Origin: Podarcis tiliguerta
Lineage: Eukaryota
Assembly (NCBI GenBank): GCA_965153285.1
Contig: OZ229121.1
DNA: 64,000 nt
Reading direction: 5' to 3' (one strand)
Under the pieces are notes generated by a model. The model was given only the letters and a program-made list of their open reading frames with translations, searched no databases and was not told the DNA's origin. Both the position numbers and the translations under genes were made by a program. Numbering within the stretch: position 1 is the stretch's first letter; each line of letters begins with the position of its first letter. This document shows positions 12,301-22,509 of this stretch, one piece after another.

Positions 12301-13949
12301 TATGTCAAAAGTTATTGCCTCAAAATGCTAAAACTGGACTTTGGGGGGATATTGCCATGCAGCATACAGATGAATATTTGGCAGATCACAAACACTCCAA
12401 TGACCCTGTTATGTTAATCGAAGTGCTCAGCTATGCCTTCTGTAGGAAATGACACTCACCACTCCCTCTCCCTGTCCTTCCTCCTCTATCTAGAAAATTT
12501 CACTTCAGACTTTAAAGGACAGCAAAAACTGACCCAAGATATCCCTCTCATAAACTGCAGGCTCTGATATCCCAAAGGAGAATAGTTCTGCACATCTCCT
12601 CTCTCTTTAAACAGCAGCTCTTCACAAGCCCACATATCTGCAGATGTGTTAAACTGTTCTTTACTTCACAACTTCTAAAACACACACACACACACTTAGG
12701 ACAATACAGATGGTTTAATACTGTACACTTGATTTAAATTGTCTTCATGTGAGGCAATAATGCAGTCTTGCAAAATCATACAATTTTACCAGTCTATGCA
12801 TAAAGTCACTTTAGCATGATAATAGGGAAAAATCAATGGTATTTTACTTGTAAGGCTTTCCCTTCACCTTCTCCTTCACAAAAGTAGCAGCCCTGGGGCT
12901 AGTGGAGGAGGAGAATTTTGCAAAGCTGCATTTAATCTCCTTTCAGTCTTAACAGTAGCCACAATTAGTTCCTTCTGCTACAGTTCTACCTGCTTATAGT
13001 GGATAATTGAAAAGCTTGGGATTCTGATAACCTGAACCATCTCGTTTTTTACTCTGCTTTTTGAAATATATAAAAGCAAACCCAACAATCATTGATCAAA
13101 ATCTGGAAAACATGTCCTTTTAAATTAATCTAGATAACAAAAACATCTAAGTTTAGGGGGATGTGCATATTTCTAAAGGGATAAGGCAGCCTGTATTTTC
13201 CCTGGTTGTGTTGTCTGCTCAATTCTAGTTTTAACAACAGCCATGTAGAAAGACCTCTGCATGCATGGTACTAAAAGATATGGCGAGGCCAGGATGAAGG
13301 TAAGGAGAACATGAGCATTTCTGCAGGATTTGTGCAGTGGTCTCTAGGTTAGCCAAACAGAAAAGTGGAAATGTATCAGTTCTGCCCTTGCAGCTAAAGT
13401 GATGCAAGAGAAACCGAATTCCAAAGGGATATAGCTATATTACCCGTGTTTTATAGCAATTAGGGTAATAGAGTTTGACTAAGTAGTACGTATGTGCACA
13501 CAGAGAGATTAAGACGCTGTTTCTATAAAAACAAAGAATTCCATAAAATAGTATTTTTAGATGCCACGGTGCCCATTGTTGTTCATAGACACGATATATA
13601 TTGGAAATGCAGCACATTCAAACAAGTTAAGAGGGGGAATTTTGGAAGGTTTAGCTAGCAATCCGAAATTGAGGCTGGGGATCCTTAAAGCAGGAAGGAA
13701 GTGCCCCTGAAAGGAATTCCTGTTCCAGGAGTTTGGGATCATCAGGGTGGGAGAGGAATCCCGCCGCATCAGCCAAGAACAGAGAAACGGAATTCAACAT
13801 CCCTTGAAATGCAAAAGAAGAGCCTGTTGCAGAAGAAATGCAGGTAGCATGTGTGTGTGCGCACACCCCCCCATCCCAAACTGATCAAATTTCTAGGGCC
13901 AGGCTAGGTGATCGCAATCGTTTTTGTTTCACTCAGGCTTTTGACTCTG

Positions 13950-15250
13950 CCCAGCTGTTTCAGCTGCCTGGCCTCGTAAACACACGAGAGGATGCGGTGC
14001 GTGTGACGGAGCGAGGAGCGGGAAAGTATAAATCCCGCTGCTCCTCAAGGTGTCACAGCGGCCTGAGGGAAATAAAGAGAGACTGACGAAAAACACGCGC
14101 GCGGGCGGCGCTGGGATCCCTCGGGAACAGAAGAGTGTGTGATGCCATCGTTGTATGATAAGTTAACACGTGTAAGAGAGGAGGCGCACGGCTCGGGCCG
14201 GGCCTAGTTTGGCACTCGCACCACACACAAGAGCACGAGTCCCTCAAGGCAGGAGGAGCCCGGCAGCGGGAGTGTATATTTGTCACTTGGCCCTCCGCCC
14301 CAGGGGACACCCCCCCCACCTCGACCGCCCCCGTCACGCGCACGCTCTGACTGGGCACCCGCTCAAAAAAAAAACCGGTTGAGAGCCAGCAGGGCAGCGC
14401 GCGACGCAGAACTTCGCCCAGCGAGCTCGTGTTCTGCTGTCGGCCCATGAGCCACCGCGGGGGAAAAGGAGGAGGAAAAGCGAGAGAGCGAAGGCTGCTG
14501 CTGCTGCCGCGTCGCGGGGCCTTCGCCGAGGAGGCGTTGCAGTGCGCCTGCGTGCAGCAGGCCCCTGCTTCTGTTGCCTTTTTCGCGTTGCTGTCTCTCC
14601 CTCGCCTTCTCTCTCTCTCCGCCCCCCCCCCCCAGTCCGTGCGGCTCGCAGGACTGTTGCCGCTGCCAGCAAGCCCTTAATTCCTTGCTGGAGATCTCCC
14701 AAGACGGACTGGGTACCTGCCCGGCCGAGCCGGCGCCCAGCGAGGAACTTGGAAGGAGCCCCTTATCCGCCGCTCGGCTGTTGCTGCTGCTGCCGCCGCC
14801 GCCGCCGCCGCTGCCACCAGCGGCCATGGGTCCCACGTCCCTGCTATGGAGGCGGTACTGGCGGCGGCGGTGGCTGAGCGACTGAAGGCGGAGTGCTGCG
14901 GGGCAAGAACGGAGGCGGCGGCGGCGGCGGCGGCCGGGGTCTCTCCGGTGCCGGGGGGTGTCGTGCTGACGGTGTTTTTAACCCTTAGATGGTCTCTAGC
15001 GAGCCGTTGTTGCTGCCTGTGTCACTGGAGGGTGAGTTCTCCAATAGTATGAAGGAGATGATCGGCGGCTGCTGCGTTTGCTCCGACGAGAGGGGCTGGG
15101 CCGAGAATCCGCTGGTTTACTGCGACGGGCATGGCTGCAATGTCGCAGTGCATCAAGGTGAGTGAGACGGGCCTGCTTCGGCCAACCTCTCTTGGGAGGT
15201 GGGGGTGGGGGGTAGAGAGAGGGGGGGCGGGGGGCTGGCTTCGGAGGCGT
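13950..15250 (+). promoter_or_regulatory. MLLT10: CpG-island promoter and 5' UTR region of MLLT10
   Basis: GC- and CpG-rich block over the first coding exon. Contains TATAAAT at 14027, E-box CACGTG at 14167, a GC box near 14293 and an NRF1-like TGCGCCTGCG at 14543. The TSS and the non-coding exon 1 are not resolved. Confidence 0.85.
14989..15157 (+). CDS. MLLT10: MLLT10/AF10 first coding exon (exon 2 in human numbering): N-terminus and first half of PHD1
   Basis: The acceptor tttttaacccttag is followed directly by ATG. Translation is MVSSEPLLLPVSLEGEFSNSMKEMIGGCCVCSDERGWAENPLVYCDGHGCNVAVHQ, the AF10 N-terminus. Donor AAG|GTGAGT, 169 nt, phase 1. Confidence 0.97.
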
Positions 15251-18128
15251 CTCTTTTTCTCCCCCCCCCATGTCTCTTCTCTGTCTCTCACACACGCGTC
15301 ACAAGTCACCACTTTATGGAGTGCGCCATCCACGTCTTTCCCCTCCTTGCTTGCAGGAGTGGGTCGCCTTCCCCCCTTCCCCCTGCCTCCTGTTAACTCT
15401 GTTGCTGGCTGTGTTCGTGGATGCTTAAAACTCAAGGAAGCGGGCCCTTTTTAGGAAAAGGGAGATGGGTGGACCCCCCTCCAAAGATGCTGAGGGCGGC
15501 CGGGCATGTGCTTTTGGAGGGGGGTGGCCAGCAAAGGTATGCTATCCTTGTGTGTGAACGAGTAAGTTGCGTGTGTCGCCCTAGTCGTTACTTCCTCATC
15601 CCCTGTGAGTGCCTGCCCTTCCTTCCTCCGCCCAAGTAGTGAAGGTAGGCAGGAAGGGAAAGATACGGAGCAGTATCAAAACACTTCGACGTGAGCTTAA
15701 AAGAGTATGGGCAACGTGCGCTTTTTTGCTTTTAGCAAAATTGCCCCTGCCTGCTAAGTCGGTATCCCTTTGCACTTTTTGGCACGTCCTCGAAAAGTCT
15801 TGCTCCTCCTACTCCTGTCTCCTAAACCTAGGTAAGAAGTCAGAAAACGTGTTTGTCAAGGGAAGAGAGTTAGCTGTCATGTGACTGCCCCTTTCCTCCC
15901 GACTGCCTCTGCCGGAGCGTCCTTTGGCTGGATGGTGTCTGCTGGATGAGGAGACTTCCTGTTTGTGGTAGGAGAGTGTTGGGGGAGGGGAGGAAAGGGG
16001 CACTGTGGACTGACTTAGCCTTTGATGGTAGATTTGTTTGGATTAGTGGAGGGAGAGCAGTTGGCTGGTGCCCAGCTGAGTGGCTGTGTTGCTGTTTTGC
16101 TTGCTATAATGAGCACAGTGTGTCTCTGCTTGTCTCTGATGATCTGTATGAGTTTCCTTTACGTCTGGAATATGTTACTGTTGCGGTCGTAACTTAGAGT
16201 ATGCGAGTACATACATGATAGTACAAAAGATCCAGCTGATCCAGATTGTTTTTTAATCCTATTTGTGAGAGGTGGCTGCAGGGCTACATAGTTTGTGACG
16301 AGTCAGAAGGAGCACTGGAGAATGGAATAAACTGTCATTCCTTCATGTGAACTTGTCTATCATGAAAATCTTCAGGAATTCTCTCCCACCCGAAGGGTGG
16401 CACCTTGGAACTAATCTTTTCATGTTTCCAGTGTGCATGGATGTACTTTTTCTAGAATTTCAGGTCTGGGCTTACTATTTTTTGTTACAGCAAATGCTGT
16501 AGAATTGCAACTGTGCACCTATGTGTTTGATTCAGTGCATTGAAAAAGGGGTCAAGGTGTCTAGGTGAATAGATGCATGTGCTAGAGAAAGAGGAGGGAT
16601 GGGACATTGTCCAAGTCAAGGGGCAATGTGAAACTTCAGCTCCCCTCTCTTTTCACAAAAGCTTATGCGTGTTTAGAGGTATGAGATTTCATGTGAGCAA
16701 CCAGGAAATGGGCCACAGATGGTGACCTATTACAAAGTGGTGCAGATGTGCCCCATCCCCTTTCAGCATGACTATTGGATTGCAGAAAAACCTTAGTTTA
16801 CGTGCACCCTACAGTATATTGTTTGTGGAATCCTCTGTACTCTGTAAGCTGAAATTGATATCTATATTTATAGTAAGTCTCAGTTTTTAATGAAAGTGAG
16901 AGACTGTGGCATCTGTGCTCTTATTCAGTTTCCCACACATGCAGTTAACCCAGCTTTTTCTTCTGTTGATGTGGTTATGAGTTTGCAAAATCTTTAAGAC
17001 ATAGTCTGAGAATGGGAAATAGGAAGTAAGTAAGAAATTGAAAGTGGAATAGGGAGACATAGGAGGAGTTACAGTACAAAAGTACTCATGTGAGACTAAT
17101 ATTGATTAGTGTATTTGTTTTGCTTTTAAATCACAGTTGCACTCTAGGTGTGTAATTTGATTCTGAAAAAGCACCAGAAAGCTTGATCCTGTGCATGTTT
17201 TCTCAGAGTAAATCCCATTTAGTTCAGTGGGGTTTACTCCCAAGTAAATGCACATATAATTTATATTATCTGAAAAATAGCTGCAAATGTCTGTTTTGTT
17301 ATATCATTGTTTGGGTCTGCACTAGGGTCCTCAAAGTTATTTGCAATAAGGCTTGGCTCTCTCTATGGAAATTAAATTAAATATTGTACTATGAATATAC
17401 TGTGGGAAAATCAAAGTACTATTTCCTTTATATTTCAGGAAAGCTTTACTTGGGAAAACTTCACTCCCAAACTTCTATTATTGATTTCATGTGTACCAAT
17501 AAACCTGTTGGAGGGAGCTAGACATCCGTGGAGAAGAAACAGCTTAGGGCCCCCCTCTTCCTGTAGTAGCTGCTATTTCCCCAGGGGACCTAGAAGCAAG
17601 GTGACTGTGCAGCAGGACATTAGTGAGGAACAGCTGTCATTCCTTTAGTTCTCCAATCTTCAGTGACAGCATGTTAAGTAAAGGAATCTGAAATTGTAGA
17701 GCTGTAGAGCTGTAGAAATAACGTGAGATGACACCTTAAAAAGGGAAACCAGAGCAATCTTCACCTGAATAGTTATTCCATTTGAATTGGTTCTCCTTGT
17801 GGGGAATGTACTTACACATGCAAAGTATGTGAACAGTACAGAAATAAGTATCCTCTTCCTCTAAAGTAACTAACCCTCTTTGTTTATGTGATGGCAGCCT
17901 AGGACACGGAGACTAAGCATGGCATATGATGGTGTCCTAACACTGAGGAGTAAATGGAGTAGGGCACAAACATTTTCTTCTAGATAAGGAAAGGAGAGGG
18001 GTGCTAGCATGGAAATTTGCTTTAAGATAGCCAGTTACTTTTGCACAACTTATGTATTAAGAGAGACCCTGTATTTTCTTTTTTGTTCTGGTTAGAGGCA
18101 TCATGAGGTTTATTCCATCTTTTTGGAC

Positions 18129-18183
18129 ATGCTGACAACACCATTTCCCAAACATGGAAATGCTGACAACACCATTTCCCAAA
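18129..18183. repeat. Local tandem duplication with a 31-bp period
   Basis: atgctgacaacaccatttcccaaa occurs at 18129 and 18160. Confidence 0.9.
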
Positions 18184-18856
18184 ATTTCTGAAATCAATTT
18201 GGCTAATTAGGTGATAGAAATATTTGGCTCTGTTTTGGAAAACATTCCCAATACACCCAAGATTTTTATTAATTCAGATGCAGGAGCCACTGCAGTTGTG
18301 GTTGGTTGGGAGCTTCAGCCTACACTGCAAAGTGTATCTAAGGCCCCATCTCATGCATACATATCTGGAAATAAACCCAGTTTAATCCATGCAATTTAAC
18401 TTCCAAGTAAATACACATAAGATCATACTGTGTGCTGTATAACTCAAGCTATCCAGAGATATAGTGCTGATCTGATGCACTAATGAATTCTCAAGTAGAC
18501 TTCTATACGATCCGCTGTTCCAACTTAGTTTTGTTACATGCTCTCTGCTTGCGCACATATTCAGGGTATTTAGCTTTATGATGCAGTTGAATTCTGGACT
18601 ATATAAAGCCCTGGGCTAGTTGATCTGTTTGCACAGTGGTCTCTGCAATATTAATTCCTAAGCTCAGTCATGCCTGTGACACATGGATTTAGAGAGACTT
18701 GCACATATGTAGCATTTCATCATAAATCATGCGAGGGCAAATTGTTGAGGCTTAAGAGCAAGCATAAAAGGAATAAGCAGCATTGGCAAATGTTGATGGA
18801 AGGCAGTTTTGAGTACGTATACCTGTTTTGAGCTCCATAATTTCTTATTTTAATTG

Positions 18857-18923
18857 TGTAAAGCTCCATGTGCATTGATGGTGCTATATAAATAAATGTC
18901 AATAATAATAATAATAATAATAA
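18857..18923 (+). mobile_element. L2-type 3' tail remnant with (AAT)n
   Basis: tgtaaagc...gtgctatataaataaa followed by (aat)n, typical of L2-related 3' ends. Confidence 0.5.
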
Positions 18924-19784
18924 GTACTTGAGTATAGATTTGATTTCTTAAGTTTCATTAATCAGGATGGGACTGCACAGGTGTGCAGGGTTATTCACAT
19001 TGCCTGAGTAGATAGACATGATAAGGACTGTAAAATGTTTAGTTTCCTTGTGCTCTGGAGGAGTACATGGGTGTTTTCTATTGCATTTCTCTCACTTGTC
19101 TCCTCCTGCTGCTTCTGCAGTCTTTTTTGGAATCTGAAATATCTCATCTTCCTCTTGGGCCATTTAAGATCAGAAGAGACTGTCCCTGGCACACTTCCCA
19201 ATATGGGGAAAATTACACATGCCTATGGGAATGAGTACAGAGTGCTGCAGTTGGTGAGCACTTTGTTGTAGGGATGGGTGTTTTCATTGGCTTTACACCT
19301 GATAAGCTTGTTGCTGCAGAATTAGAGCTTTGGATGGATATGCAGAGTCTACAAACAGCAGGTTTTGAGGAGCCATGGAATGAGAGCCAGACAAGAGAGG
19401 GATCAGGAACCGTGAAAAAAGTCTAAGGCACAAAGCATAAAGAGGAACCAGACCTCAGGAGTCAGAAGAGAGACAGTGCAGTCAAAAGAAGAACCAACAT
19501 CACAACTGATAGTAGGTCACAGCTGGGTAGATTATTCAGAAGGACTGGGAGCAGGAACTGTGGAAAGAGTAAAAGGCATAACAGGAGGCAGGTCACAAGA
19601 GATGGAGGCTGAGAAGCACAAACAGGAGCTTAGGTATGCAAGGTCAAATGGATTATTTAACTTTAGACTTCAGATTTGGGTCTAATTGGGGGAGGCTTTA
19701 TCTTCAGCAAAGTGTGAAACTAGAGAGGAGTCATGGAAAAAGCAGGCACATAAGGGTGAACGCCTTCAAGTGCCAGTGATTCAG

Positions 19785-20188
19785 TGGCCACGGTTAACAT
19801 ATAATTGTAAGCTAAAAACCTTGGCTTATACACCATACTGTGCAGGAGGTTTATGCTAGTGCATGCAGGCTGATTGCTGTCACTTAGTTTCTTCTTTTGC
19901 ATGAGCAAGTAAACAAACTAGGAAGGGTTAACTTAGCATTACTTCCAACCCCTGGGATCGTGGGTTGTTTCTCCCTAACAAGCCAGGTCTGTAAACCAAG
20001 TATCTTGAACCAAACTTAAGTCAATTTTAAGCCAAGGTTTAACGATCCTGGGTTTGGATATAATGCTAACTCTCCTTTTCTCGGGTTTTGCACTCGCAGG
20101 AAGCATGGAGTGAAACAGAAGTAACTGGGCACATACAACATGGGTTGTTTAGCCACAGTTCTTGGCTTATTATGTGTGAGTGCAGCCA
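19785..20188. mobile_element. ~400-bp imperfect foldback element (non-autonomous DNA transposon-like)
   Basis: The outer arms (from 19785 and to 20188) and inner arms (19933-19961 vs 20042-20069) are imperfect reverse complements. Confidence 0.6.
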
Positions 20189-20847
20189 TTGTTAAACAAG
20201 AATTCAGGTTCAAGATGAGACTGCATCTTTGGGCTAATGTGCTTTCTTCTGTGATAATGCTGCACATATCCTCTGTTGTGGTATATTAGATAACAAGAGT
20301 ACTGATTAGAAATGGACATACTTTTGAGTGTAAAAATGACTCTCCTTATGTTTTTGGATAGTGTTTTTATAGTGACACCTACATGTTGTTGTTAAATTTG
20401 GCAGTCTGCTCTGCAAGGCTGTTTTTATACAATGTTTTTATTTGTAACACAAAAAAATGCAATTTGTGTAATTGGAAACAATGGTAGTTCTGTCTTTGCT
20501 TTCAGTAGGATGTGGATTGCACCCAGAATTGTGCAAGTGTCGGTTATAAACTCATTTGGCTGTAAATGCCTTTTGAAATTAGTAGAATTTTCTTTCTTTA
20601 CCATACTTGACTGAATCCGGTCTTTTTGGTGTGTGTATGTTGTGTGTGTCTGCATGCATATTTAGACCACAAGATTTGATACAATAGGAAACAGCCAGCC
20701 TTGGTTCAAGAAGCTCTGTAGGTTTGTCTTAGTCCACATGTTTCTCCCTTCATTCATTAATGGGCAAAAAAAGAGAGACACTCCCCCCACCCTTTTGACA
20801 GAAGTTAACAAATTCTGTAGGCATACTAGGTCCCTGTAGAGTGGATA

Positions 20848-21200
20848 GTAAAGGTAAAGGGACCCCTGACCATTAGGTCCAGTCGTGACCGACTCTGGGG
20901 TTGCGGCACCCATCTCGCTTTATTGGCCGAGGGAGTCGGCGTACGGCTTCTGGGTCATGTGGCCAGCATGACTAAGCCGCTTCTGGCGAACCAGAGCAGC
21001 GCACGGAAACGCCGTTTACCTTCCTGCCGGAGCAGTACCTATTTATCTACTTGCACTTTGACGTGCTTTCGAACTGCTAGGTTGGCAGGAGCAGGGACTG
21101 AGCAACGGGAGCTCACCCTGTTGCGGGGATTTGAACCGCCGACCTTCTGATCAGCAAGTCCTAGGCTCTGTGGTTTAACCCACAGCGCCACCTGCGTCCC
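20848..21200 (-). mobile_element. Full-length Sauria SINE (tRNA-derived head, RTE/BovB-type tail)
   Basis: Minus-strand head GGGACGCAGGTGGCGCTGTGG with B box GGTTCAAATCC and an (ACCTTT)n tail. 13-bp TSD TGTAGAGTGGATA at 20835 and 21202. Confidence 0.93.
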
Positions 21201-22429
21201 TTGTAGAGTGGATAATGCTTGCTAAATTACAGGCAAGCAGTGTTAGAAGCTAGGATAGAAAAGCTAGGAGCCAAATGGCTTCTGGGACCTGGGTTTTGGG
21301 TGCCAAAACAGAATGTCGGGGGGTGGGGTGGGGGTTGGCAACACTTTTAATTTATTATTTTGATAAGCATAAGAGACATATTGTTAATATCACATTTTTA
21401 GCAGGAAATTGTTAATACATGTTTAATTTGGTGTTGAAATAAAAATATTGGTACTATACTTCGGTTTCCCAAACACTCTACTCTTTATTGTTAAACTTCT
21501 TAAGTAGTTAAGGATTGTCTATCCTTAACATATACTTTGAGGCTTCAAAGCACATACATTTCAGTAATCCTTAAGTGTCAGCCAGGCGCAAAAAATGGCA
21601 CCTAGACTTTCTGAGATGCTCGCAAATGGAGACTCTGTAGTTGCAAAATGTGCCTGGTGCCCTGCTAATTTCGAACCCTGCAGGCAGGAAGGTGGGATAC
21701 ACCTTATAAAAATGGATTTTGGCATAGGAATAACTAAAAGGGGTTTGCTTTATGATTACAAGCTAGACCTGTCTTTTGTGAAGAAGCTATCCCATTCTAT
21801 ACTGACGTCTTTCCTAAGCTTGGCGAGCTAAATTTCAATTTTGTAGTGTACCTGTTGCCCTTTCACCTCACGATTTGGCATTTAACTTGTGTGGTAAGCG
21901 TAGAAGCTTATCTTCAGTTTTAGTAGACACTTGTCTGCAGCATTTTTAAAATGTCTATCACTGAGTCAATATTAAGTGGTTTAGGGTCCCTGCTTTAACT
22001 GGTGCAGACTTGCACAGGTCCTGTCATTACCTAGGTAAGCTTACAATACTACTGAGGCATCAAATTTTAGCTTGGGGTTCTTCTGAATCCAATGCACAAC
22101 CCTAAAATAAACTGATAACCTGTGATTTTTAGACAGATGAAATAAAATTTATTTACCCATTGACCAAGGGCTCCCACAACATCCTCTCTTCCACCTCTCC
22201 CCCTGTTGAAGTTAGACTTGAAAGAAACATTCTATGGTAGCCAGTAGAATACATTATGGTGTGTGCTTGGTTGAAATGTATGTGTGGTGCCCGCAACAGT
22301 TTCTCCAGTTTGCAAATGTACTCTCAGAATGACCCTTGCACTTACCTATGTCTGTATTGCAGGACTTATTTTTCTGTATAATATATGTATTTTTAATATG
22401 ATTTTTTTGGCTCTTTTCTCCCAAAATAG

Positions 22430-22509
22430 CATGCTATGGAATTGTACAAGTACCTACTGGACCTTGGTTTTGTAGAAAATGTGAATCTCAGGAAAGAGCA
22501 GCTAGAGTG
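22430..22509 (+). CDS. MLLT10: MLLT10 exon 3 (second half of PHD1)
   Basis: aaatag|CA...GTG|gtaagt, 80 nt. Encodes (A)CYGIVQVPTGPWFCRKCESQERAARV, in frame with the previous exon. Confidence 0.98.

Noticed and set aside
14053-14877. Poly-Ala/Gly/Pro ORFs in the MLLT10 promoter
   Set aside because: They come from GCC/GGC repeats and mostly lack ATG starts in good context. Only the two strong-Kozak uORFs were kept.
16130-16245. Possible C/D box snoRNA (TGATGA ... CTGA)
   Set aside because: Box C lacks the leading purine, there is no terminal stem, and I see no recognisable rRNA or snRNA guide.
18129-18183. Direct repeats with a short spacer (CRISPR-like at a glance)
   Set aside because: Only two copies, in eukaryotic intron DNA; an ordinary slippage duplication.
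21130-21200. tRNA-like A and B boxes
   Set aside because: These are SINE heads, not tRNA genes.
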